From the NCBI RefSeq assembly GCF_030604785.1, contig NZ_JAUVVF010000002.1:12041-76040 (forward strand): a stretch of 64,000 nt of DNA. The letters are read 5' to 3'. Of this stretch, positions 41,776 to 51,462 are shown one piece after another. Position 1 is the first letter of the stretch; the number at the start of each line of letters is the position of its first letter. The DNA is from Paracoccus sp. (in: a-proteobacteria). Lineage in GTDB: Bacteria; Pseudomonadota; Alphaproteobacteria; Rhodobacterales; Rhodobacteraceae. The position numbers and the translations under genes were made by a program. Under the pieces are notes generated by a model, which saw only the letters and a program-made list of their open reading frames with translations, was not told the origin of the DNA and made no database searches.

Positions 41776-42156
41776 TCAGTCGCGCAGGCTCAGCATCGGG
41801 CCGGTCATACGGCCGCCGATGATGTGCAGGTGGAAATGCGGCACTTCCTGCACGCCGTCCGGCCCCGCATTGGTGATCGCCCGAAAGCCGTTCCCTCCCG
41901 AGGCCGGATCGACCCCCTCGACCGCGCAGACCTCGGCGCAAAGCCGCATGAAGCCCGTGATCTCGTCCGCGGCCGCATTCGCAGCGAAGTCGGCGAAATC
42001 GACATAGGCGCCCTTGGGGATCACCAGCACATGGGTCGGCGCGCGGGGCGCGATGTCGCGGAAGGCCAGCGCATGATCGTTCTCGGCCACGCGGGTCGCG
42101 GGGATCTCTCCGCGCAGGATGCGGGCAAAGATGTTGCTGTCGTCATAGGCGGGCAT
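41776..42156 (-). CDS. HIT family nucleotide hydrolase (Hint-like)
   Basis: NIFARILRGEIP, AFRDIAP, histidine triad HFHLH. Confidence 0.93.
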   Translation of the reverse strand: MPAYDDSNIFARILRGEIPATRVAENDHALAFRDIAPRAPTHVLVIPKGAYVDFADFAANAAADEITGFMRLCAEVCAVEGVDPASGGNGFRAITNAGPDGVQEVPHFHLHIIGGRMTGPMLSLRD

Positions 42157-42171
42157 GGTGTCGTTCCTTCC

Positions 42172-43749
42172 TCAATCGGCGAAGAGATGGGGCGTCTCGG
42201 CCAGTTCACGGGCCAAGGCCTCGGGCAGGTCCAGGATGCGCGCGATGGCGACGGCGTTCTGATCCGCCGACGCCCCCGCCGAGACCGACGCGAAATGCGG
42301 AAAGTCGCTTTCGCGCAGCCGCTCGGCCTCGTGTTCCAGATCGCTTTTCACGATGGGCAGCAGGCGGGCGATGACCTCGTCGGGCGCGGTCTCGCTGACC
42401 AGCCCGACCCGGCCCATATGGCCGCGCACATAGGCCTCGTCGAAGGCGCAATCCATGAACAGGACCCGCACCTCGGCGCGGTCATTGACCAGATCGGTGA
42501 TCAGGCTCAGCGCCGAAGGGTCCGCGCACAGGACCAGCCTGTCGCTTTCGAACTGGTCGAAGAGCAGCTTGATCAGCGCCTTGCGGTGGCGTTCGCGCTT
42601 GGCCAGCGTGTTGGCGATACCGCCCGTATCGGGCAGGTTGGCCTCGTGCTCGTTGAAGACGTAATCGACGGCGGGGATGTCGGTCAGCGCCCGCAGTCTC
42701 TCGGTCAGGCGCTTGGCCACATGCCATTTCTTGGCCACGACAATGGTCAGCTTGCGGCCCGCCCCGAGCGAGCCGTCCGTCTCCCAGAAGCGGGGCGCGA
42801 AGCGGCGCCCGATCCGCCCCCGGCCGACCAGAAAGTTGAACAGCTTGCGGCCCTCTGCGGTGATGGCGAAATCCTGTCCCTCGGCCTGCCACAGCGCGCC
42901 CAGCCTCGCGCGCAGGTCGGCCGCCTCGGGGCTGATCTTGCGGGCGAACAGGTAGTTCTGACGCAGAAGCAGGTCGTAATGGTCGTTGTAGAACGTCACC
43001 GGCATCCCGTAATCGGTGAAGATCAGGAAGGTCAGCGTGCGCGTCCTGATCTGCGTGCGCGGCACGACATGGGCAACCAGCGTCTGGAAGAACGTCTCGT
43101 CGGGGATCCAGGTCGTCGCGAAGAACCGCGTGATCTCGGGGCGCTGACGCACCAGTTCCAGGATCGCCTCGACCGTCTGGCGGCGCAGGCACCACCATTG
43201 CGACCCGATCATGACCTGCACGTCCTCGGGGATGCTGCGGGTCAGGCCAAGACGCTGCTGGATGTTGAAGCTGGTATAGAACAGCCATTTCTGGGTACGT
43301 TCGTTGAACCAGTGCCGATAGATCAGCCGCTCTTCCTTGAAGCCGGTCTTGATCCAGTCGCTTTCGAAGAAGTCGAAGCTTTCGATATAGTCACAATCCT
43401 CGCCGTCGAGGAAACTGCGCGCGAATTCTGCCGATTTTATGGGCATGCAATCGCCCGACAGCATGTAGAAATGCGTGGCCTGGGGAAAGGCGGCCTCGGC
43501 CGCCCTCAGCGCCTCGAGACTGGCGGCGACCAGTGACCATTCGCCCCAGCCGCATTTCAGCCGCCGTGGCGCAAAGACAACACTGGGATGGTTGCCAAGC
43601 GCGTCCTGCAATTGCTGATACATCGCCTGTGGCGCGCGCTTGTCGAAATGGATCGCCACGAAATCCCCGGTCGCGGTCAGGCGCTTTGCCTGCTCGATCA
43701 CGCCCTGCGGGTCCTTGTGGGTCAGAAGAATGAAGGCTATGCGCGCCAT
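42172..43749 (-). CDS. GT14/core-2-I-branching-like glycosyltransferase with uncharacterised C-terminal domain
   Basis: WGEWSLV, LSGDCMPIK, GSQWWCL, IPDETFFQT motifs; about 200 extra C-terminal residues. Confidence 0.82.
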   Translation of the reverse strand: MARIAFILLTHKDPQGVIEQAKRLTATGDFVAIHFDKRAPQAMYQQLQDALGNHPSVVFAPRRLKCGWGEWSLVAASLEALRAAEAAFPQATHFYMLSGDCMPIKSAEFARSFLDGEDCDYIESFDFFESDWIKTGFKEERLIYRHWFNERTQKWLFYTSFNIQQRLGLTRSIPEDVQVMIGSQWWCLRRQTVEAILELVRQRPEITRFFATTWIPDETFFQTLVAHVVPRTQIRTRTLTFLIFTDYGMPVTFYNDHYDLLLRQNYLFARKISPEAADLRARLGALWQAEGQDFAITAEGRKLFNFLVGRGRIGRRFAPRFWETDGSLGAGRKLTIVVAKKWHVAKRLTERLRALTDIPAVDYVFNEHEANLPDTGGIANTLAKRERHRKALIKLLFDQFESDRLVLCADPSALSLITDLVNDRAEVRVLFMDCAFDEAYVRGHMGRVGLVSETAPDEVIARLLPIVKSDLEHEAERLRESDFPHFASVSAGASADQNAVAIARILDLPEALARELAETPHLFAD

Positions 43750-43902
43750 GGGGCAGACCGGGCTCTGGTGGTTTCGTTACAGATCGACGTAAGGCGTTGA
43801 AAAACTCGTCCGGTTTTGCTTTGTCTGTGTAAACGTTTTTGCCAACGGGGCAAGCGAGGCATGCGCCGCCGGCAGATCGCCTAGGTTCGGAGTGAGAGCA
43901 GG

Positions 43903-44721
43903 ATGGGTTTTCCCGGCGTCTGGATGACGGAAAGCGAAAGCATGATCTATCGGGTGGTGCCGAAATGCGCCTGCTCGACCATCGGACAGATCATGTTCTA
44001 CTCGGATCACGGCCGGTTCTTCGACGGTGACATCCATGACAGCACCGAAGGCCTGCACAAATGGGCGCAGGATTACAGCCACGGCCCGATCGAACGGGCC
44101 GTGCATGCGCGCGATGCGGTGACCTTCACCTGCGTGCGCAACCCCTATGCGCGCATCCTGTCGTCGTTCTTCGACAAGATCGCCGGCATCCAGCGCAATG
44201 GCCGCCGCTATCGCGGCAATCTCGTGCCGCAGCTCATCCAGCGCTACGGCATCGATGTCGGCAGCCCCGAGAACGGGTTCGAATTCGACCAGATCGCCAG
44301 CTTCCGCCGGTTCCTTCTGTTCGCGCGCGACACCATCCGCTTTCGCAAGCCGATGGAGCCGGACATCCATTGGTCGGCCATGTCGGGCCATATCTCGACC
44401 TTCATCGTGAATGGCGGGCGCTACGACCAGATCTTCTTCACCGAGGCCTTCAACGACGGGATGGCAAAGGTGCTTGCCGCCGCCGAGACGCCCGTCAGGA
44501 TCGATCTGGCCGAAGTCCCCCGCTTCAACGAATCAGAGGGTCATGGCCCCAAGCGCGCCCACCGGGTCAGCGACTATTTCGACGACCTGTCGCGGCACCT
44601 GATCTGGGAAATCTACAAGGACGATTTCCAGCTGTTCCGCTACGATTTCGACAATCCCGACAACAAGATGCCGTTGGGCGAGGTCGATCTGGACGAGGTC
44701 CACGCGAAACTGGGCCGCTGA
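43903..44721 (+). CDS. Sulfotransferase family 2 protein
   Basis: 5'-PSB-like VPKCACSTI and 3'-PB-like VRNPYARILSSF; DIHW. Confidence 0.82.
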   Translation: MGFPGVWMTESESMIYRVVPKCACSTIGQIMFYSDHGRFFDGDIHDSTEGLHKWAQDYSHGPIERAVHARDAVTFTCVRNPYARILSSFFDKIAGIQRNGRRYRGNLVPQLIQRYGIDVGSPENGFEFDQIASFRRFLLFARDTIRFRKPMEPDIHWSAMSGHISTFIVNGGRYDQIFFTEAFNDGMAKVLAAAETPVRIDLAEVPRFNESEGHGPKRAHRVSDYFDDLSRHLIWEIYKDDFQLFRYDFDNPDNKMPLGEVDLDEVHAKLGR

Positions 44722-44736
44722 TCCCGCTCGGCCGCG

Positions 44737-45216
44737 TCAGGCGGCCTCGAGATGGCTCTCCATGAACCACAGATCCTTGTCGGCGGTGCGCGAGGCCGCG
44801 GTCAGGATGTCGGCGCTGTCCTCGTCGCCCGCATCGCCCACGGCGTCGATGCCCTTGCGCAGATTGGCGCCATGCGCCCGCATCCGCGAGCAGATCTCGC
44901 GCAGATGGTCCTCGGCGGCGGTCAGGTCGGTCGGATAGGGCTCCAGCCCCGATGCCCCGGCCACGATCTCGGCCGTGCCGCGCGCGGTGCCGTCCAGCTG
45001 CTGCACGCGCTCGGCGAATTCGTCCAGATGCACGTCCAGATTGGCCCGCACCGTGTCGAACAATTCGTGGACGGCGATGAAGTTGCGGCCCTTCACGTTC
45101 CAGTGCGCCTGCTTGATCGCCAGGGCCAGCGCCAGCCCGTCGGCCAGACGCGCATTCAGCTCGTCGATCGCCGTCTTGCGGGCATTGTCGGAAAGTCCTT
45201 CCAGATTGACCGGCAT
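44737..45216 (-). CDS. dps: Dps ferritin-like DNA protection protein
   Basis: KQAHWNVKG..F..VHELFD, DEFAER; AGGAGG SD. Confidence 0.95.
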   Translation of the reverse strand: MPVNLEGLSDNARKTAIDELNARLADGLALALAIKQAHWNVKGRNFIAVHELFDTVRANLDVHLDEFAERVQQLDGTARGTAEIVAGASGLEPYPTDLTAAEDHLREICSRMRAHGANLRKGIDAVGDAGDEDSADILTAASRTADKDLWFMESHLEAA

Positions 45217-45251
45217 GATTTGCCTCCTGATGCTGATGGAATCGCTTCATC

Positions 45252-45277
45252 AACACCGGCGCGGCAAGGCCGGTTCC
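45252..45277 (-). promoter_or_regulatory. EcfG/sigmaT-type promoter GGAAC-N17-TGTT for dps
   Basis: Ends 35 nt above the dps ATG; dps is a known general-stress target in alphaproteobacteria. Confidence 0.65.
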
Positions 45278-45296
45278 GGCAGGGACCCCGGCCATG

Positions 45297-45328
45297 AAAA
45301 AACGGCGCCTCGCGATGCGGGCGCCGTT
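45297..45328 (-). terminator. Intrinsic terminator of acpP
   Basis: AACGGCGCC stem followed by TTTT on the minus strand. Confidence 0.75.
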
Positions 45329-45364
45329 CAGGTCATCGCCGCCGAGGCAGCGACAGAGGCGGGA

Positions 45365-45598
45365 TCAGACCGCGCCCTTGATGAAGTTCACCGCATCGCC
45401 GACGGTCTGGATGGTCTCGGCGGCGTCATCGGGAATCTCGATCCCGAACTCTTCCTCGAAAGCCATGACCAGCTCGACGGTGTCGAGGCTGTCGGCGCCC
45501 AGATCGTCGATGAACGAAGCGGATTCGACCACCTTGTCCTCATCGACACCCAGATGCTCGACCACGATCTTCTTCACGCGATCAGCGATATCGCTCAT
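45365..45598 (-). CDS. acpP: Acyl carrier protein
   Basis: [14 protein letters not shown]. Confidence 0.98.
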   Translation of the reverse strand: MSDIADRVKKIVVEHLGVDEDKVVESASFIDDLGADSLDTVELVMAFEEEFGIEIPDDAAETIQTVGDAVNFIKGAV

Positions 45599-45767
45599 GT
45601 CATATCCTCATTGTCGCGGGCATCCGCCCAAGTTTTGCACGCCCCCGAGGGAACGCTTCAGCACAGGGCGGCTCCCCTGCTGCTAAGGGCCGGGATATAG
45701 CACCGGGCGACGTTCATGCAACCGCTTTTGCAACAGGGCATGGCGGCGGGGCTGCGCCCGGCCCGGC

Positions 45768-46505
45768 TCAGATCATCGCCATGCCGCCATTCACATGCAG
45801 GGTGGCGCCGGTCACATAGCCCGCCTCGCGGCTGGACAGATACAGGACGGCGGCGGCGATATCCTCGGGGCTGCCCATCTGCCCGGCGGGGATCTGGGTC
45901 AGGATCTTGCCCTTCTGCTCGTCGTTCAGCTTGTCCGTCATGGCGGTGGCGATGAAGCCCGGCGCGACGCAGTTCACGGTGATGCCGCGGCTCGCGACCT
46001 CGTAGGCCAGCGATTTCGACATGCCGACCAGACCCGCCTTCGCGGCGGCATAGTTGCCCTGCCCCGGATTGCCCGTCGCCCCGACGACCGAGGTGATGTT
46101 GACAATCCGCCCCCACCGGGCCTTCATCATCCCCCGCAGCACGGCGCGCGACAGCTTGAAGACGCTGGTCAGGTTGACGTCCAGAACCTGCGCCCATTCC
46201 TCGTCGGACATGCGCATGAACAGGTTGTCCCGCGTGATCCCGGCATTGTTCACCAGGATGTCGACCGACCCCATCGCCTCGGCGGCCGCCTTGGGCAGCG
46301 CCAGCACGGATTCCGGATCGCCCAGATTCGCCGTCACCACATGCGCCCGCTCGCCCAGCCTGTCGGCCAGGTCGCGCAAGGGCGCCTCGCGCGTCCCCGA
46401 CAGCGTCACGGTGGCGCCCGCCTGATGCAGCGCCTCGGCGATCGCGCCGCCGATCCCGCCCGAAGCGCCGGTCACCAGCGCGGTCTTTCCTGTCAGATCG
46501 AACAT
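45768..46505 (-). CDS. fabG: 3-oxoacyl-ACP reductase
   Basis: TGASGGIG, NNAGITRD, NYAAAK, VAPGFI. Confidence 0.96.
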   Translation of the reverse strand: MFDLTGKTALVTGASGGIGGAIAEALHQAGATVTLSGTREAPLRDLADRLGERAHVVTANLGDPESVLALPKAAAEAMGSVDILVNNAGITRDNLFMRMSDEEWAQVLDVNLTSVFKLSRAVLRGMMKARWGRIVNITSVVGATGNPGQGNYAAAKAGLVGMSKSLAYEVASRGITVNCVAPGFIATAMTDKLNDEQKGKILTQIPAGQMGSPEDIAAAVLYLSSREAGYVTGATLHVNGGMAMI

Positions 46506-46514
46506 CCTGATGCC

Positions 46515-46559
46515 CTTCTTCGTTGTCCAAATACCCCGGGGTCCGGGGCAGAGCCCCGG
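46515..46559. repeat. REP-like element, medium copy
   Basis: CTTCTTCGTTGTCCAAATACCCCGGGGTCCGGGGCAGAGCCCCGG in the fabD-fabG gap. Confidence 0.75.
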
Positions 46560-46566
46560 TCCGCCC

Positions 46567-47493
46567 TCAACCCTTCAGCGCCGCAATATCCGCCGGGGCG
46601 CCGACATTGCGCACGACCGCGTCCTTGGCGATGCGCTTGATCATCCCCGACAGCGCCTTTCCGGCCCCGATCTCCCAGAACTCGGTGACGCCGATCTCGG
46701 CCATGTTGGCGACGCTCTCGCGCCAGCGCACGGTGCCGGTCACCTGCTCGACCAGCAGGCGGCGGATGGCGCCCGGCTCGGTGACGGGCTCGGCGCGGAC
46801 ATTGGCGAAGACCGGCACGGCGGGGCTATGGATCTCGACCCCCGCCAGCGCATCGGCCATCACGGCGGCAGCGGGCTGCATCAGCACCGAATGGAACGGC
46901 GCCGAGACGGGCAGCATCAGAGCGCGCTTGGCGCCGGCGGCCTTCATGGCCTCGGCGGCGGCCTCGACCGCGCCCTTGTGGCCCGAGATCACGACCTGCG
47001 CCGGATCGTTGTCATTGGCGGCCTGCACGACCTCGTCTCCGCCCACCTCGCGGGCGATGCGGTCCACCGTCTCGAAATCCAGACCCAGGATCGCGGCCAT
47101 GGCGCCCATGCCGACCGGCACGGCCTCCTGCATGGCCTGACCGCGCAGGCGCAGCAGGCGTGCCGTGTCGGGCAGGCTCAGCGCGCCGGCCGCGCAGAGG
47201 GCCGAATATTCGCCAAGCGAGTGACCCGCAACGAAATCCGCATCCTTGATCCCGAAGCCCTCGGCCTCCAGCGCGCGCATCGCCGCGATCGAGGTCGCCA
47301 TCAGCGCGGGCTGGGCGTTCTGGGTCAGGGTCAGCGTCTCGGCGTCGCCTTCCCAGATCAGCGCGGACAGCTTTTCGCCAAGCGCCTCGTCCACCTCGTC
47401 AAAGACCGCCTGCGCGGCGGGATAGGCCTGGGCCAGTTCGCGGCCCATGCCGATGGTCTGGGCGCCCTGGCCCGGAAACACGAATGCCCGCAT
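46567..47493 (-). CDS. fabD: Malonyl-CoA:ACP transacylase
   Basis: FPGQGAQ, GHSLGE, VSAPFH. Confidence 0.97.
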   Translation of the reverse strand: MRAFVFPGQGAQTIGMGRELAQAYPAAQAVFDEVDEALGEKLSALIWEGDAETLTLTQNAQPALMATSIAAMRALEAEGFGIKDADFVAGHSLGEYSALCAAGALSLPDTARLLRLRGQAMQEAVPVGMGAMAAILGLDFETVDRIAREVGGDEVVQAANDNDPAQVVISGHKGAVEAAAEAMKAAGAKRALMLPVSAPFHSVLMQPAAAVMADALAGVEIHSPAVPVFANVRAEPVTEPGAIRRLLVEQVTGTVRWRESVANMAEIGVTEFWEIGAGKALSGMIKRIAKDAVVRNVGAPADIAALKG

Positions 47494-47580
47494 GGCACCC
47501 CCCTGAAATCAAACCGTCCCGACGGGCATAGCCGCTGACGGGCCGTGCCGCAACCGACCCCCTTCGCCGCGCGCGCAAGG

Positions 47581-47603
47581 AAAAGGGGGCCGCAAGGCCC
47601 CCT
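47581..47603 (-). terminator. Intrinsic terminator of ndk
   Basis: AGGGGGCC-ttgc-GGCCCCCT followed by TTT on the minus strand. Confidence 0.75.
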
Positions 47604-47629
47604 GTCCGACGATCATGTCGGGCGAAAGG

Positions 47630-48052
47630 TCAGCCGACCAGTTCCAGCCCCGAGAAGAAGAAGGCGATCTCTTGCGCGGCGGTTTCCGGCGCGTCCGAGC
47701 CGTGGACCGAGTTCTCGCCGACCGACAGGGCGAATTCCTTGCGGATCGTGCCTTCGTCGGCCTGGGCCGGGTTGGTGGCACCCATCACTTCACGGTTCTT
47801 GGCGATGGCGTTCTCGCCTTCCAGGACCTGCACGACGACGGGCTCCGAGGCCATGAACTCGACCAGTTCGCCATAGAAGGGACGGTCCTTGTGGACCTCG
47901 TAGAACTTGCCCGCCTGCTCGGCCGACAGCTTGATGCGCTTCTGCGCGACGATGCGCAGGCCGGCTTCCTCGAACTTGGCGTTGATCTTGCCGGTCAGGT
48001 TGCGGCGGGTCGCGTCGGGCTTGATGATGGAAAGCGTGCGTTCGATGGCCAT
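47630..48052 (-). CDS. ndk: Nucleoside diphosphate kinase
   Basis: [22 protein letters not shown]. Confidence 0.98.
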   Translation of the reverse strand: MAIERTLSIIKPDATRRNLTGKINAKFEEAGLRIVAQKRIKLSAEQAGKFYEVHKDRPFYGELVEFMASEPVVVQVLEGENAIAKNREVMGATNPAQADEGTIRKEFALSVGENSVHGSDAPETAAQEIAFFFSGLELVG

Positions 48053-48236
48053 GATGTTCACCTTGTCCTGTATGGGTCGCGGAATCTGCAATGACGCGGG
48101 GGACGGGTCGTCCCGCCCGCGCCGATCCGCGCCCGGTTAACAGGCTTGCCGCCGCCCGGCAAGGCGTGGCCTGTCGGGAACCCTGCGGCCCCTGCGGGCT
48201 TGTCCCTGCGACATCCCCCGAAAGCACCGGTGCCCC

Positions 48237-49334
48237 ATGACCGAAACCCCTGCCCCCGCGCTGCCCGCCCCCGCGCCGCCTGCGCAGCCCGCGCCCGAAC
48301 GCGCGATCGCGCCGGCCTCGATTATCGCGGCGCTGCTGCTGGCGCTGCTGGCGGCGGCGATCTGGTTCTGGTCGGACGTGCTGCTGCTGACCTTCGGCGC
48401 GATCCTTCTGGCCGTCGCCGTGCGGGCGGGGGCGCGCAGCCTGCACCGGCTGGTGGGGCTGAACATCAAGATCGGCGTCCTGGCCGTCATCCTGGGCGTG
48501 CTGGGCGCGATCGCCGGCGTGGTGGCGCTGGCCGGCCCCGCCATCCGCGAGCAATTCGACGAGCTGATCGGATCGCTGCCCGATTCGTGGGAGGCGCTGA
48601 GCAACTGGCTTTCGGGCACGACGATGGGCGAGGCCGTGCAGGACCAGATGGAGAACGGCGCCGATCTGGGCGACAGCGCCGCCGAGATGGCGCAGCGCCT
48701 GCCCGACCTGATCGGCACCGTCTCGGGGGCGGTGAACGCGACGGTGGGCGGGATCATGTCGGTCTTCCTGATGCTGATCGTGGCACTTTACCTGGCGCTG
48801 GAGGCCGATCGTTACCGCGCGGGCGCCATCCGCCTGCTGCCGATCCGCCACCGCGCCCGCGCCTCGTCGATCCTGGACGAGATGGGCCACAAGCTGGGCT
48901 TGTGGCTGGGCGGGCAGGCGCTGGACATGCTGGCCGTGGGCATCATGGCGGGGATCGGGCTGTGGATCCTGGATGTGCCGCTGGCCTTCATCCTGGCGCT
49001 GATCGCGGCGCTGACAAACATCATCCCGATCATCGGGCCGTTCATCTCGGGCGCGATCGCGGTGCTGTTCGCCTTTACCCAAGGCTTCGACGTCGCGCTG
49101 CAGGTGGCGATCCTGTTCGTCGTGATCCAGCTGATCGACGGCGAGATCATCCTGCCGGTGATCCAGCGATTCGCCGTGCGCCTGCCGCCCGCGCTGACGG
49201 TCATCGGCATCATGGCCTTCGGCAGCCTGTTCGGTCTGGCGGGGGTGCTGCTGGCCACGCCCCTGCTGGTCGTGCTGATCGTGCTGATCCAGCGAGCCTA
49301 TGTCGAGGATGTGCTGGGCGACGATCTGGACTGA
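48237..49334 (+). CDS. Second AI-2E family transporter
   Basis: Multi-TM; IIPIIGP, QLIDGEIILP motifs. Confidence 0.88.
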   Translation: MTETPAPALPAPAPPAQPAPERAIAPASIIAALLLALLAAAIWFWSDVLLLTFGAILLAVAVRAGARSLHRLVGLNIKIGVLAVILGVLGAIAGVVALAGPAIREQFDELIGSLPDSWEALSNWLSGTTMGEAVQDQMENGADLGDSAAEMAQRLPDLIGTVSGAVNATVGGIMSVFLMLIVALYLALEADRYRAGAIRLLPIRHRARASSILDEMGHKLGLWLGGQALDMLAVGIMAGIGLWILDVPLAFILALIAALTNIIPIIGPFISGAIAVLFAFTQGFDVALQVAILFVVIQLIDGEIILPVIQRFAVRLPPALTVIGIMAFGSLFGLAGVLLATPLLVVLIVLIQRAYVEDVLGDDLD

Positions 49335-49433
49335 TGCCGAAACGGGCAAGGCGGCGCGCAGGGCGTTGACGGCTTCGTGATTGTGACACATGGATAGGCT
49401 AACACGGCGTCGGACTCACCAAGGGTGACAGGG

Positions 49434-50189
49434 ATGCAGCCGATCCTCAGAGGCCATTACCGGGCGCGACTGGCGCAGGATGACGACGACCTGCGGGGCG
49501 CCCAACGCCTGCGCTGGCTGTGCTTTCACGGGCGCAACGGAATTCCGGATGACGGGCAGGCGCTGGACAGCGACGGGCTGGACGCGGAATGCCGCCACAT
49601 GCTGGTCGAGGATGTGGCCACCGGCGCGCTGGTCTGCTGCTTCCGCTTCCTGCCGCTGGCCGACGGCTCGCAGATCGCGCGCAGCTACTCCGCGCAATTC
49701 TACGACCTGCGCGCGCTGGAAGGATTCGACGGTCCCATGGTCGAGATGGGGCGCTTCTGCATCCATCCCGACCACCACGACCCCGACATCGTGCGCATCG
49801 CATGGGCGGCCATGACCCGCTTCGTCGAGGAAAGCGGGATCGAGATGCTGTTCGGCTGTTCCAGTTTCATCGGCTGCGAGCCCGAGACCCATGCCGAGGC
49901 CTTCGTGATGCTCAAGGAACGCCATCTGGCGCCGCGCCGCTGGTGGCCGCGCGTCAAGGCGCCGCGCGTCTTCCGCTTTGCCCGCGCCTTCCGCCTGCGC
50001 CAGCCCGATGCGCGGCAGGCCATGGCCGCGATGCCGCCGCTTCTGCGCAGCTATCTGGCGATGGGCGGCTGGGTCAGCGATCACGCGGTCGTCGATCCGG
50101 CGCTGCGGACGATGCACGTCTTTACCGGGCTCGAGATTCGCGCGATCCCGCCCGCGCGCAGGCGCCTGCTGCAGGCGATGGCGGGCTAG
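49434..50189 (+). CDS. OlsB-like GNAT N-acyltransferase (Acetyltransf_5 type)
   Basis: AQRLRW, VEMGRFC, LFGCSSF, PPLLRSYL.MG motifs. Confidence 0.8.
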   Translation: MQPILRGHYRARLAQDDDDLRGAQRLRWLCFHGRNGIPDDGQALDSDGLDAECRHMLVEDVATGALVCCFRFLPLADGSQIARSYSAQFYDLRALEGFDGPMVEMGRFCIHPDHHDPDIVRIAWAAMTRFVEESGIEMLFGCSSFIGCEPETHAEAFVMLKERHLAPRRWWPRVKAPRVFRFARAFRLRQPDARQAMAAMPPLLRSYLAMGGWVSDHAVVDPALRTMHVFTGLEIRAIPPARRRLLQAMAG

Positions 50190-50330
50190 GCAGCCGCGCC
50201 TTCGCCGATCGCCCGTCCCGCAGGCAGATCGCCCTTCAGATGGGCAGCAGCCCCGCCCCTGCCCGCGATCAAGGCAACCGTAGCCGCAGCGCCGATTGAC
50301 CTTGCCCGCGCCGCGCCGCCCTCTGCCCAT

Positions 50331-51146
50331 ATGTTCGACACTTCTGCCCCCTTAGCCCCGATGCAGCGCAGCCAAGGAGCCGCGCATGTCGTCATGGGCG
50401 CTCGGGGCCTTGTGGATCTGGCGCAGCGTGGCTCGGCCAAGGCAATGCTGCCGCGCATGAATGCGGGCCTGCCCGAGATCGTCTTTCTGAACACATCCGG
50501 GGGGCTGGCCTCGGGCGACCGGCTGCGTTTCGCGGTGGACCTGCGGGCGGGGACCCGCGCGCTGGCCACCACCCAGACGGCCGAACGCGCCTATCGTGCC
50601 GAAGCCGCCCCCGCCCGCGCCGAGGTCGCGCTGAATGTCGGACCGGGCGCATGGCTGGACTGGCTGCCGCAAGAGACGATCCTCTATGAGGGCGCAAGGC
50701 TGGAACGCGACACGGTGGTCGAGCTTGCCGCCGATGCGGGCTGCCTGCTGCTGGAAATGGTCGTTCTGGGTCGTCTGGCGATGGGCGAACGCCCCGCCCG
50801 ACTGCATCTGCGCGACCGCCGCACGATCCGCCGGGCGGGACGGCTGGTCCATCACGACGCTCTGGCGCTGGACGACGACGCGCTGACCCGCATCGACGGC
50901 GCCGCGATGACCGGCGGCGCGCCCGCCATGGCGACGCTGGCGATCATCGCGCCCCACGCGCCCGACCTTTTGACGCGCGCCCGCGAGACGCTGGCCGAGC
51001 CCGGCGTCACCGCCGCAGCTAGCGCCCCGCCCGGACGGCTGGTGATCCGCCTTCTGGCCGCCGATGGCTGGCCCCTGCGCCGGCAGATCAACCGGCTTCT
51101 GCGCGCCCTGCGCCCCGATCCCCTTCCCCGCATCTGGCAGGTCTGA
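50331..51146 (+). CDS. ureD: Urease accessory protein UreD
   Basis: [28 protein letters not shown]; alternative start 50361. Confidence 0.93.
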   Translation: MFDTSAPLAPMQRSQGAAHVVMGARGLVDLAQRGSAKAMLPRMNAGLPEIVFLNTSGGLASGDRLRFAVDLRAGTRALATTQTAERAYRAEAAPARAEVALNVGPGAWLDWLPQETILYEGARLERDTVVELAADAGCLLLEMVVLGRLAMGERPARLHLRDRRTIRRAGRLVHHDALALDDDALTRIDGAAMTGGAPAMATLAIIAPHAPDLLTRARETLAEPGVTAAASAPPGRLVIRLLAADGWPLRRQINRLLRALRPDPLPRIWQV

Positions 51147-51147
51147 C

Positions 51148-51462
51148 ATGAACCTTACCCCCCGCGAACGCGAGAAACTGCTGGTCTCGGTAGCCGCGAT
51201 GGTGGCGCGCGGGCGCCTTGAGCGCGGCGTCAAGCTGAACCACCCGGAGGCCATCGCGCTGATCACCGATTTCGTGGTCGAGGGCGCCCGCGACGGGCGC
51301 AGCGTCGCCGACCTCATGCAGGCCGGCGCCCATGTGATCACCGCCGATCAATGCATGCCCGGCATTCCCGCGATGATCGAATCCGTGCAGGTCGAGGCGA
51401 CCTTTCCCGACGGCACCAAGCTGGTCACCGTCCACCATCCCATCCGCGAGGTCCAAGAATGA
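51148..51462 (+). CDS. ureA: Urease gamma subunit
   Basis: [28 protein letters not shown]. Confidence 0.97.
   Translation: MNLTPREREKLLVSVAAMVARGRLERGVKLNHPEAIALITDFVVEGARDGRSVADLMQAGAHVITADQCMPGIPAMIESVQVEATFPDGTKLVTVHHPIREVQE

Noticed and set aside
43777-43792. TTAC-N8-GTAA inverted repeat as a CtrA site
   Set aside because: Wrong spacing and two mismatches; could be another operator but unsupported
48177-48201. GGAAC-N16-GCTT as an EcfG promoter for the second AI-2E gene
   Set aside because: The -10 element mismatches; position is plausible but too weak to call
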